Assembly (NCBI RefSeq): GCF_036321535.1
Contig: NC_087436.1
Coordinates: forward strand, 75,580,001 to 75,644,000
Reading direction: 5' to 3'
Source: Camelus dromedarius
Lineage: Eukaryota
Length of the DNA: 64,000 nucleotides
Part shown: piece by piece, positions 35,521 through 47,825 of the stretch
Layout: every line of letters starts with the position of its first letter
Numbering within the stretch: the stretch's first letter is position 1
Program-made: the position numbers and the translations under genes
The notes under the pieces: model-generated
Database searches by the model: none
What the model saw: only the letters and a program-made list of their open reading frames with translations
What the model was told of the DNA's origin: nothing

Positions 35521-38105
35521 ATACCTCGTTTTACTGAACCTTATTGTACTTTGTAGATATTGCATTTTTTACAAATTGAAGGTTTGTGGGAACTCTTTGT
35601 AGAGCAAGTCTGTCTGTCGGTGCTGTTTTTCCGAGAGCATTTGCTTACTTCATGTCTGTGGTCACATTTTGGTAATTCTCACAATATTTCAAAATTTTTT
35701 TCATTATTATATTTTGAATGCAAGGTTCTTTAAATTCTACAGTGCTTTATAATTTTCAGAAGTTTCACATACAATTTCATATAATCTCATAATAAACTTT
35801 TTCATTATCATTATTATATTTGTTATAGTGATCAGTGATCTTTGATGTTAATATTGTAATTGTTTTGGGGCATGAACCACACCCATATAAGACAGCAAGC
35901 TTAATAAATGTGTGTGTTCTGAGTGTTGCACACACCGGCCATTCCCCTGTCTCTCTCCCTCTCCTTGGGCCTCTGTATTCTCTGAGACACAATAATATTA
36001 AAATTAAACCCATCAATAACCCTACAGTGACCTCTAAGTGTTCAAGTGAAAGGAAGAGCCACACATCTCTCACTTTAAATCAAAAACTAGAACAGCTTAG
36101 TGAGAAACACACATCAGAAGCCAAGACAGGCCAAAAGCTAGGCCTCTAATGCCAAACAGCCAAGTTGTGAATGCAGAGGAAAAATTATTGAAGGAAATTA
36201 AAAGCGCTACTCCAGTGAACACATGAATGATAAGAAAGCAAAACAGCCCTACTACTGATACGGAGAAAGTTTTAGTGGTCTGGAGAGATGAACAAACCAG
36301 CTACAATATTCCCTAGGCCAGAGCCTTCAGAGCAAGGACTTAACTCTCTTCAATTCTGTGAAGGCTGAAAAAGGTGAGGAAACTTCAGAAGACAAGTTGG
36401 AAGCTAGCAGAGTTTGGTTTGTGAGGTTTAAGAAAAGAAGCCGTCTTCTTAACATAGAAGTGCAAGGTGAAGCAACAAGTGCTGTTGTAGAGGCTGCAGC
36501 AAGTTATCTAGAAGATCTAGCTCAGATCATTAATGAAGGAGGCTACACTAAACAACAGATTGCCAATGCAGATGAAGCAGCCTTCTATCAGAAGAAGATG
36601 CCATGCAGGACTTACATAGCTAGAGAGGAGGAAGTCAATGACTGACTTCAAAGCTTCAAAGGACCAACTGACTCTCTTGTTAGAGATTAATACATCTGGT
36701 GACTTTAAGTTGAAACCAGTGCTCATTTACCATTCCAAAAAATTCTATGGCCCTTAAAAATTATACACTAAATCTTCTCTTCTGTGCTCCATAAATGGAA
36801 TAGCAAAGCATGGATCACAGCACATCTATTTACAACACGGCTTACTGAATATTTTAAGTTTTCTCTTAAGTCCTACTGCTCAGAAAGGAAAAAAAAAAAA
36901 GAACTTATTTCTATAGGAGGAGGGTATAGCTCAGTGGTAGAGTGCATGCTTAGTATGCACAAGGTCCTGGGTTCAATCCCCAGTACCTCCACCAAAAGAA
37001 ATAGGTAACCTAATTACCTACCCCCTAAAAAGATTTTTTTTTAATATGTTGCTGTTTATTGACAATGCACCTGGCCATCCAAGAACTCTCATGGAGATGT
37101 ACAACAAGATTGATGTTGTTTTCATGTCTGCTAACACAACATCTATTCTGCAGTCCATGGATCAAGGAATAATTTTGACTTTCAAGTCTTATTATTTAAG
37201 AACTACGTTTTGTAAGACTATAGCTGCCATGGATAGTGATTCCTGGGATGGATCTGGGCAAAGTACATTAAAAACCTTCTGGAAAAGTTTCACTATTCAT
37301 GTCATTAAGAATATTCACAATTCATGGGAAGAAGTCAAAATAACAACATTAATAGGAGTTTTGAAGAAGGTGATTCCAATCTTCATGGATGACTATGAGA
37401 GTTTCAAGACTTCAGTGAAGGAAGTAACTGCAGATGTGGTGGAAATATCAAGAGGACTAGAATTAGAAGTGGATCCTGAAGATGTGACTGAATTGCTGCA
37501 ATCTCATGATAAAACTTTAACAGACGAGGTGTTGCTTCTTATGGATGAGCAAAACATCTTAGTTTCTTGAGAAGAAATATACTCCTAATGAAGGTGGTGT
37601 GAAGATTGTTGAAATGACAACAAAGGATTTAGAATATTACATAAACTTAGTTAAAGCAGCAGCAGGATTTGAGAAGATTGAATCCAGTTTTGAAAGAAGT
37701 TCTGTGGGTAAAATGCTATCAAACAGAATTCCATGCTACAGAGAAATCGTTCATGAAAGGAAGAATCAATCAATGCAGCAGACTTCATTGTCTTATTTTA
37801 AGAAATTAACACAGCCACCCCAACCTTCAGCAATGACCACCCTGATCAGTCAGCAGCATCAAATCAAATCCCATCAAACAAAAAGAAGGCTCAGATGATG
37901 GTCAGCATGTTTTAGCAATATAATAGTCTTTAACGAAGGGTTTTTAGACAATGCTATTGCACATTAATAAACTACAGTATAGTGTAAACATAACTTTAAT
38001 ATGCACTGGAAAACCTAATTTTTCATGTGACTTGCTTTATTGCAATATTCATTTTATTGCAGTGGTCTGGAACCAAACCCCAAACCATGTCCCAGGGTAT
38101 GCCTG
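35518..38105 (+). mobile_element. Near-full-length decayed Tigger1 (pogo/TcMar DNA transposon) with transposase pseudogene
   Basis: Termini ggcatacctcg and ggtatgcctg|ta; ORF fragments 36358-36645, 37046-37570 ([25 protein letters not shown]) and 37599-37898; stops, frameshifts and a SINE insertion. Confidence 0.93.
36916..37031 (+). mobile_element. tRNA-derived SINE (camelid Vic-1-like) inserted in Tigger1
   Basis: gggtatagctcagtggtagagtgcatgcttagtatgcacaaggtcctgggttcaatccccagtacctcc; A box 36927-36937, B box 36970-36980; tail aacctaattacc...aaaaa. Confidence 0.85.
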
Positions 38106-38589
38106 TAATCATCCCTGGGTGACACTCAACTAATGAATTGTTGTTGTATATAGCATTGAATAGAGCCTTTCATTGGATACCTCGCTACTGGAAGGGAAGT
38201 GTTGTGACCCAGAGAGTGAGTTGTGATAGCTGTGTGTAGAAGACCTCAGCGTTCTGGTTTTAGTTCACAGTACAGTAAAAGCTGAGTGCCAGTAAGCAAA
38301 AGCAGAATCAGACCTGACATCTATGCTGGTGCAAAATAGAGGCAAGATTTCTTTGTTTAGGTCTAGAGTGAGGATGGTTGACCATAAACGGCATCCTTAA
38401 ATAGCTGTTTAGTTGGGATTGACTATTCCATTAGAAACAACCATCAGGATGTCCTATTGTGTTTCATATAGATAGAAATCTTGATGGGAGAGATTCACCT
38501 CTCTGAAACTCCCAGATAGTCCTCCTATGAGGGTTAAAAAATCACACTTGAATCAACAGAAAATTTTAGAATTGTGTTGTTTTTTTCCT

Positions 38590-40460
38590 TTTTATTTTTT
38601 AATTGAGGTATAATTGACATGTAACATTGCATTCGTTTCAGGTGTACAACACAGTGAGTAAATATTTGTATTCATTGCAAAATGATCACCACAATAAGTC
38701 TACTTGACATCTGTCACGTGTATAGTAACAAAATTTTTCTTCCTGTGGTAAAACTTTTACAATCGCTCTCTCAGCAACTTTCAAATATGCAGCACAGAAT
38801 TATTAACTATAGTCACCATGCTGTACATTATATCTTCATGTTTCAGTTATCCATTCATCCACCAATGGATACTAATCTTGGCTAGCGTGAATAATGCTGC
38901 AATAAACACGGAGTGCAGCTCTCTCTTTGAGACACTGATTTCATTTTACTTGGATATACACCCCAGAAGTGGGATTGCTAGATCATATAGTAGTTCTAGT
39001 TTTAATTTTGAGGGGAACCTTCATACTGTTTTCCATAGTGGCCTCACCAATTTACATTCCCACTAACAGTGTAAAAAGGTTACCTTTTCCTCACACCCTC
39101 ACAACACTACCTATCTTTTGTCTTTTTGTTATTAGCCATTCTAAGAGGTGTGGCGTGATATCTCATTGTGGTTTTGATTTGCATTTTCCTGAAGATCAGT
39201 GATGTGAGAACCTTTTCATGTACCTGTTGGCCATCTGTATATCTTCTTTGGAAAAATGTCAATTCATATTCTCTGTCCATTTTTAATCAGATTGTTTGTG
39301 GGATTCTTTGCTATTGAGTTGTATGAGTTCTTTATATATATAGTATTAACCCCTCATCAGATACACGATTCGCAAATATTTTCTCCCATTCTGTAGGTTG
39401 CTTTTTCTTTTTGTTGATGGTTTTCTTTGATATGCAGAAGATTTTCCCTTTGCTATGCAAATAGGATGTAGTCCAACTTGTTTATTTTTGTTTTTGTTGT
39501 CAAATTTTAAAAAATCATTGCCAAGGCTGATGTCAAGGAGATTATCACCTATGTTTTCTTCCAGGAGTTTTATAGCTTCAGGTCTTATGTTTAAGTCTTT
39601 AATCCATTTTGAGTTAATTTCTATGTATATTGTAAGATAGTGGTCCAGTTTCCTTCTATTGAACATGGCTGTCCAGTTTCTCTTGACACCATTTATTGAA
39701 GATTGTCCTGTCTCCATTTTATATTCTTTGTTCTTTTGTCATAAATTAATTAACCTTATATTTGTATATATATTATAGGCTCTCTCTATATATATATGTA
39801 TTCCTTTGATCTATAGATCAGTTTTATACCAGTACCATACTGTTTTGATTATTATAGCTTTGTAATATAGTTTGAAACCAGGATGCATGATGCCTCCGGC
39901 TTGTTCTTCTTTCTCCAGATTGCTTTGGCTATTTGGAGCTTTTCATTGTTCCATAAAAATTTTAGGATTATTTGTTGTATTTCTGTGAAAAAATGCTATT
40001 GAAATTTTCATAGAGATTGCATTGAATCTGTAGATTGCATTGAGCAGTATGGACATTTTGACAATATTAATTCTTCTAATTCTTCAAGCATGGAATAGCT
40101 TTTCATTTATTTGTGTCTTCAATTTCTTTCATCAATGTCCTATAGTTTTCATCATACAGATCTTTCACTTCCTGTGTTAAATTTATCCCTAGGTATTTTA
40201 TTCTTTTTAATGCAATTGTCAATGAGATTATTTTCATAATTTTTCTAATAGCTTGTTATTAGTGTTTAGAAATGCAACTGATTTTTGTGTATTGATTTTG
40301 TATCCTGCAGGTTTACTGAATTCAGTTATTAGATCTCCTGGGTTTTTGATGGAATCTTTAGGGTTTTCTATATATGATACCATGTCGTCTACAAATAGTG
40401 ACAGTTTTTCTTCTTCCTTTCTTTCTGATTTTGATGCCTTTTATTTCTTTTTCTGGTGTT
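38590..40460 (-). mobile_element. L1 (ORF2 3' region plus 3' UTR), antisense, decayed
   Basis: Minus-strand ORF 39346-39717 [35 protein letters not shown] is L1 ORF2; 3' UTR-like sequence from 38590. Confidence 0.92.
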
Positions 40461-41019
40461 GTGCTATTGTTGAAAAGAACCCAGTATCAGCTCATTTCTA
40501 GTGATAAACTTCTAGATAAATCATACGTCAGTAATACTGTACAACAGATTATAACAGTTTACATTTTACAAAACAATTTACAATATAAGTTGTCTTATTT
40601 AATCCTGATAACAATGTTGTAAGGACAGGTTTTATTTTAGCATTTTAAAGCTAAGGAAACAAAGGATCATTAGAATAGTAATCTACCCAGGTTTCCATAT
40701 CTGGTAAACAGTAGAATCAGGATTTTAGTACAAGTTTCTGACTCTGAGTATGGGATATTTAGTTTAGTCTGGTCTGTATGTGTTCTACTCATGAAAAACA
40801 AGCATCATGGTAGTATACCAGTTTGGTTTCCAAGCCTCAGCACTTACCTGAAAGCTTGAATAGGTAAAGGGGTTATCTATTAACTTCTCCAGGACTTTAA
40901 GTTAAATCATCCATGAACCTATTATACAGAGTAAAGTAAATGGACATTGGGCTGACCTTAAATTAATTTATCTTGTTTCTGCCTGAGGTTCCTTTTTTAT
41001 TGTTCAGTGATTTTAAAAA

Positions 41020-42350
41020 AATTATTTTAATTTTTTTAGAGTGGTGTTAGTTTTACAACAAAATTGAGAGGAAGGTATATAGACACATGCATAGCATAGC
41101 CTCTCCAATTATCAACATCACCCACTAGAATGATACATTTTTTCTAAACCAAGGATGGACTTATATTGACACATCCTAATCTCCCAAAGTCCAGTTTACT
41201 CTAGAGTTCACTCTTAGTGCTGTATATTCTATGAGGTTAGACCAAAGTATGACATTTATCCATCATTATCATATCATACAGAGTATTTTCACTGCCCTGA
41301 AAGTCCTTTGTGCTCTGCCTATTTACCTCTCCCCACTCCTACCTCCCACCTTTGGCAACCACTATTCTTTTTATTGTCTTCCATAGTTTTGCCCTTTTCA
41401 GAATATCATATAGTTGGAATTATACAGCATGTAGCCTTTTCACTTAGCTTTCTTTACTTAGTAATATGCTTTTAAGATTCCTCTGTGTCTTTTCATGGTT
41501 TGGTAGCTCATTTATTTTTTTAGTGCTGTATAATATTCCATTGTCCAGCTGTACCGTAGTTTATCAATTCACTTACTGTAGGACATCTTGGTTGCTTCCA
41601 AGTTTTGGCAATTATGACTAAAACTGCTATAAACATCTGTGTGCAGATTTCTGTGCAGACATAAGTTTTCAGCTCCTTTGGGAAATACCAAGGATTCCAA
41701 TTGCTAATCTTATATATGGTAGGAGTATGTTTAGCTTTATAAGAAACAGCCAAACTGTCTTCCAAAGTGGCTGTACCATTTTGCATTCCGACTAGCAATA
41801 TATGAGAGTTCCTTTTGGGCTATATCCTCACAAGCGCTTGGTGTTGTCAGTGTTCCAAATTCTGCCCATTCTAATTAGTGCATGGTGGGATCCTACTGTT
41901 GTTTTACTTTGCGTTTCCATGCTGACATATGATGACGAGCATATTTTTCACATGCTTATTTGCCGTTTGTGTCTTCTTTGGTGCAGCATCCATTAAGGTC
42001 TTCAGCCTATTTTTTAATCAGGTTGTTTGTTTCTTACTGTTAGCTGTTAAGAGGTCTTTGTACATTTTGGATAACAGTCCTTAGTCAGATGTGTCTTTTG
42101 CAAATATTTTCACCCAGTCTATGGCTTGTCTTCTCATACTCTTGACACTGTCTTTCACAGAGCAGAAGTTTTAAATTTTAATGAAATCCAGCTTATCAAT
42201 TATTTCTTTGGTTTTGTATCTAAAAAGGCATCACCAAACCAAGGTCATCTAGGTTTTTTCCTATGTTATCGTCTAAGAATTTTGTAGTTTTGTGTTTTGC
42301 ATTTAGGTCTATGATCCATTTTGAGTTAATTGTTGTGAAATGTGTAAGAT
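41020..42350 (-). mobile_element. Older L1M 3' portion, antisense
   Basis: Minus-strand ORF 41520-41798 ...[22 protein letters not shown] is the L1 ORF2 C-terminus. Confidence 0.88.
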
Positions 42351-44304
42351 GTTCCTTTTTAATTAAGGAGAAAACCTTTTGGAATCTGGTAGGAAAGAAG
42401 TCATCTTCTTCAAGAGACTTTTGTGAGAGAGAAATTTAACTTGGACACATAGTGAACTAAGGCAGCAAGAAACCCAAGCCCTGGTGTTAACCCATAGAAT
42501 GAGAGAGAACAGCTCATTTGGCTAATCAGTTAAGCTGAGAATGAAAGCTGATACTCCTGACCTGGATGCTTCCAGACAAGCACAGGCCCTCTACAGAACC
42601 ATGCAGAGCAGGGAAGACACACGAGGTGAATGGTGCCTGTGGGAGGCATCTGACCAAGGAGGCAGTCTGACTGTTTCTCAGAGGCGTCAGAAACGTTGCT
42701 TAAAGAGAGGGCTAGACATGGAATTGCTAACATTTTAATTGTAAGTTTTCATGTTTGCTTGCAAAGCCTTGCACCCGCATGGTCTATTTTACTGTTGTGT
42801 AATATGTACCAGAAAATAGCTTTCCTCCCTTTACTGTAGAGGCAAGGCTACCCCTTGGTCACACTGACAGCTGTGTGATATGACCAAAGCTTTTAAAGTT
42901 TTAGAGCCTTTCCTCTCCTCTGTGGTGAAGTTGGGATAATGAAGGCCCACTGAGGGCCTCCCCCCAACTTAAAAACAAAATCAATGTAAAACATAAAAAA
43001 TTAAAATTATATTTTGCAATTTTTAAAAAAAGTTTATCAAGGGGAGTTCTTAAGTTAGATTCCAGGGACTTCAGAGAATCCTGAATCCACTGAAATTTAT
43101 GGAAAATTTGTATGTTTGTCCTCAAACTCGCAAAAGTTCAGCATCGTTAGTCCCTGTCTCTGATGAGCACAAATGATTGAGCTCAAAGAAGCAGATGCAA
43201 TGACTTTGACATTGACTGAATGACCAGAGCCATAAAACCCTCCTCCTCACAAGGATAATGTCTTCTCTTCTTCAGTAGGGCTATTTCTGGACTTCTCTTG
43301 GACGTGGTGTATACCTTATAAAATCCAGCCTTATCTTTTAGATCTGTCCTCAAGAAAAAGACAAATCTAAAACCTGTATGGAATCATTACCAGAAGTCAC
43401 TAAGAAAAGCTTTATTTGGCTGAAGTAGAGGTCAGATTCCTACTGACTTGTTACTAAGTCCAGAAGAAAGAGAAGGAAACTGATTTCTTATAACCAACCC
43501 ATATATAAGCATCCCACATATTTAAAATAATCAAGAAGGCAGTTTTCACAGTAGGCACTACAGATAGACACATGGATGGATGTGGTGCAGGTGCTCCTCC
43601 AAACCTGGCTTTTAGAGAAAGGATGGTGTGTTAAGGAATGAGAAAGTGGAAGCGAGAATCAAGGGTCTGTCATTTCTGCTTTCATTTCCCTCTGGCAATC
43701 GGTGTTCACTTTGATGTCCAAGGGATAATCCAAGGGAATAAAATCTTAAGGTCACTGTTTTGTTTACAAATGCGTATTCCATTTATTGCATGTGCATCAT
43801 GGCCAGGTAAAAATGGGTCTGGCTCACTTCCAAACAAATGCCATTAGAGATATTTGTATAGACATTTTCTTTCCCTTTTAAAAATTATTTTCTGTTGAGA
43901 CATAGACATGTCATTCCTAAAAGAGATTTCTTGAAAAAAATATTGGAACATTGGAAGAATGAATTGAATCTAAAATAATTCCATAAATAAAAACTTTCAC
44001 CAGCTTCGTCTGAGAGTGCATATTTTGTATTACTTTCCTTCCCACTAACATTTATCAATATCACCTCGTTGTGAAACGTGCTTCTTAGAACGACTTTGTT
44101 GTTATGATCCTTTAGCCTGTTTGTTATTCAGTAGAATAAGCTTTGTAGAATAGCTCGCAGTATCTTGCTTGCTTGCTTACTTTTTCCATTTATAAGCATC
44201 TCTTCAAAGTGTTATGGTAATCTAAAAAAGCCTCTGGCTACATATTTATAGAACTAGCCTAGACTACAAGTTGATATGTTTGTGTGTGTGTGTATCTGTT
44301 CTAG

Positions 44305-44436
44305 TTTCAGATGGAGAGCACACAAGTCCAGAGATGGCCCTCACCATTCACCTGCTTCCCACTGACCAGCACCCGCCGGTGTTGCAGGTCACAGCTCCAC
44401 TGCTCAAGGTCAGCCCAGGAGGCAGCACTGCTATAG
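44305..44436 (+). CDS. FRAS1: FRAS1 coding exon (132 nt, ~exon 36): VSDGEHTSPEMALTIHLLPTDQHPP...GGSTAI
   Basis: Acceptor ctgttctag (second AG 6 nt downstream), donor TAG|gtgaga; phase 1-1. Confidence 0.93.
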   Translation, partial: FQMESTQVQRWPSPFTCFPLTSTRRCCRSQLHCSRSAQEAALL

Positions 44437-45537
44437 GTGAGAACTGGGAACCTGAGAGAAACGGAGCTTTGGAAATGGAACCACATTTCAGCAACAGTCC
44501 CTGTTTAAACCTGTTCATGGTTACCAAGAAGTACTGACCTCCTCTTCCCGAGGTTGTACGCGTTCTCATCCATAGCCTTCCCTCTGCCCAGCTCCATGCA
44601 AATAGAAGCAGCGCAGAAAGAGGGAAGTCAACCCTTCAGAGGCCAATGCTCAGTGATGGGCTACAACCCCAAATTTATTTTCCAGCCTCCAGGAGTTTGA
44701 TTTGTTGCCGTCAGTAAAATATAAAGTAACAGAGAGCAGAGAGGAGAAAGGGGAGGGGGAGTGGTTTCAATGACTGCTCTTGTTTTCTGTTTAGAAAGTA
44801 AAGAGTAATGGGAATGACAGATTACAGTCACCTTCAAAAGCTGTGAGGAGTTAGAGTTGGCCCAAGTATTTTGTATGTGATTTTATTTACCTATTAGTAT
44901 ACTTACTCGTTAGAAGTTGATTCTTTTACCAAGAACATCTTAAGAGCAAACAGTGGATACTGTGATTTTTGTAAGGTGAGCTCTACAGAGCCATATCCAG
45001 TTTCTACATATGGGTATTGGTCTAAAATTACTTATCATCCAACTTATAAACAAGCCACATATGCAAAGATGACTGTCTGTTTGCCCTACTCCTGCTCACG
45101 TCAGCAACAGTCAGAGCAGCCGTTGTTAAGATAACTTAGCTCTTCTGTAAATTCAGAGAAAGAAGAAGGGAAGAAACAATGAAAAACAAAAACAATTTCT
45201 GGGAGTATTTTCTGGAAGAAAACTTACTTGGTCAGTCAGGACTGACCTTTTTGTGGGCTTCCATTTCTTCATCTGTATGAAATAAAAAAAGATGTTCTAA
45301 AGTTAGAACTACCTGCTAGTAAGTTAACTTTTGGAAGATCCTACTTGTAATTTGGGAATTGACTATATCATCAAGTTTTCACTCTTTTGTGGTTGATTCG
45401 AATCAATTGGTGCTTTCTTATATCCATCAGATTACCCACAACATGGCTTCCAGCCCGGCCTGTGCCTTTAATGTACACATAGTGTAGAGGTTTTAATGTA
45501 CACACCTTCTCACCATGCTTTTTTCTGCTGACTGCAG

Positions 45538-45663
45538 GACTCCAGTTGGTAGTAAGAGATACCGAGACAGCACCTGAAGAACTCCTCTTTGAGCTTCGCA
45601 CACCTCCACAGCATGGCGTGCTCCTTAAGTACACAGCTGGGTTCCCAGGACCCATGGCTGCAG
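45538..45663 (+). CDS. FRAS1: FRAS1 coding exon (126 nt, ~exon 37): GLQLVVRDTETAPEELLFELRTPPQHGVLLKY...PMAA
   Basis: Acceptor ctgcag, donor CAG|gtagcg; phase 1-1; PPQHG CSPG motif. Confidence 0.94.
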
Positions 45664-46224
45664 GTAGCGGCTCACTCTGTCATTGGCTTGCTTAGAGGAT
45701 TTCTTGCTCTACCGTCAGTTTTATGTGTCTCAGACAGGACATAAAGCAACATCGTGGGACAAACTATAAGGAGATACTTAGGAAAAACCTTTAGTGTGTT
45801 TAGTCCATTGGCTGAAATACTTGGGATGTCTTTCTCTGCACCCCCACCACCCACACCCCAAAGCAGGAAGCTATGTCCTCAAGTTGTAGGTAAAACCAGT
45901 TGATTTCTGAAATCTGGAGTAAATACATTTAGAACTACCTCAAATGAGTTGTGTGCTCCCACTTTCCCATGGTTTGTTCATGGAGATAAATTTGTCTTCC
46001 TTACTTCGGTGTGTGAATCTTCACAATATTTTCAGCACTGGGACTCTGACTTGTAGTGTAAACTACATGTCTCTTCATCCATTAAAAAAGGATGGTAATG
46101 TGACCAGCTTTCCAAATAATATTTATTTTTCCTTCTCTGATTATAAAAAAGAATACATGCTGATTGTTTAGGAAGTACAGAAGAGCACAAGAACACAACA
46201 AGATCTAAATTTTAATAGTCAGCC

Positions 46225-46450
46225 CTTATATATCAAAATGAATATTAGCCCTTTCGAAGTAGTCACCCTGGGATGCTATATACTTATTCTGACAATCTGT
46301 ACTTTCTCAAAACCTTTATATAATTCCTAATAGGCGTGGAATAATACATTCTTCTGAATATTCCTACAGAGGGAGAGTATCAAATCTTTGACCTTGAAGG
46401 TGCCTTGAATTTATAAGAGCAACAAATAGGCACTTGGGAGTCACAAAGGC
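46225..46450. mobile_element. Ancient mariner-like (MARNA-type) fragment
   Basis: ttcgaagtagtcaccctgggatgctatatacttattct...tctcaaaac resembles MARNA. Confidence 0.5.
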
Positions 46451-47259
46451 ATATTTTTAAAAATTTACTGAACAAAGGAAGTATCGTTAAGATAGATTCC
46501 TGGCATCCTAAGGGAACTATATTAGGAGCGTAACAGTCATGGCCCAGTTTGTTTAACATTATAGTTAACTTATATTTGTGTAATTAATATATATGTTCTA
46601 AAGATGTTTATAAAATATTAGTTTATTTCTTCTTTTAGGTACAATACCACTAACACCAGTAATTCACAGTAACACAGTGTTGAAGGAGAAGGCTTAGAAG
46701 ATGAATAAAAAGAATGAACAAATTCTTTGGTTTTATTATATAACTTCAGTTATGAGAGTCAATAATCCACGAGGCAGTAGGGCCTCTAAGAACACCAGTT
46801 CTTAACTGTGCTCATGGAATCACTAAGAAGCATTTCTCATAAAAAAGGTTCCATGACCAAACAATTTGGGAAGCTTTAATATTGTATATTAAAGAGTCTA
46901 GAATTTTAATAAATCCTGCTATTTAAAATTTTTTAAAGTTTTGTTTAAACCTGTTTTTCTTAAACATTTATGACCTTGAAACTTTTTTCACACTATACCT
47001 ATCAGGTGGGTCACAAATTAGTGCTCTAGGCTTACACAGGCTGGGTTTCTAATGACAAATTTTCAATTTTTAAATTTTTTTTCATTTAAAAAAGAAAACA
47101 TTGTACTTACAGTTAAAACAAAGAACTCTTACAGGTTTATCTAGCATAATTTACTTTCTTAACTTTATCAATAAATTTTCAGTATTAAGATTAGATTCTG
47201 GAAGGGCTAACATAAAGAATAGAAGCATGTCCTTTATTCTGTAGAACTAAGTGATGAAT

Positions 47260-47480
47260 GGATCTTAGAGAGGCAGATTTTGACTCAGTATGATTAAGAA
47301 CTTTAAAAAAAAAAATGTACAGCTGTCTCCAGTGGAATTAGCTCCCTTGTAAAACAGTGAGACTTCCACCTTGAGATGTGTTGAAGGACAGGCTAGATAA
47401 CCCTTTTTCTAGTGGAAAGGGAATCCTGTCCTGGGTGGGTGGTTGGACTAATTGGCTTACAACTCCCAGAGTTTATGATA
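47260..47480 (+). mobile_element. CR1/L3 LINE 3' fragment
   Basis: gaggcagattttgactcagtat...aagaactt...gtgttgaaggacaggctagataacc...ggttggacta resembles the L3 3' end. Confidence 0.55.
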
Positions 47481-47577
47481 TATATACTTTGAAATCCTGA
47501 GAACAAAGGTGTTATGTAAATGAAAAGCTTTATTCCCAGAGGTAATGGTTTTCTGTGATTTGTTTTATTCTTGAAAG

Positions 47578-47825
47578 GTGACACTTTCACGTATGAAGAT
47601 ATTGAGAAAAACGTTCTGCAGTATCTGCATGATGGCTCCTCTGCCTGGGAGGACAGCCTGGAGATCTCAGTTACAGATGGCATCTCCACGACAACAGTGG
47701 ACGTGAGAGTAGAGGTGTCGCCACCCGAGGTCCGAGGGCCTCGGCTGGCTGCTGGTGCCTCTCTGAGCCTGACCGTCGCTAGTCAAAGCACAGCTATCAT
47801 CACTAGGGCACATCTTGCTTACACT
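47578..47825 (+). CDS. FRAS1: FRAS1 coding exon (248 nt, ~exon 38): GDTFTYEDIEKNVLQYLHDGS...RAHLAYT
   Basis: AAG acceptor after a T-rich tract, donor ACT|gtaagt; phase 1 to 0. Confidence 0.95.

Noticed and set aside
36916..36990. Functional tRNA gene
   Set aside because: It has a SINE-type tail, no T-run terminator after the acceptor stem, and sits inside a Tigger1 A-rich site; better explained as a tRNA-derived SINE.
36358..37898. Domesticated Tigger transposase gene (TIGD/JRK-like)
   Set aside because: The frame is broken into several fragments by stops, frameshifts and a SINE, and terminal repeats remain, as in an ordinary decayed copy.
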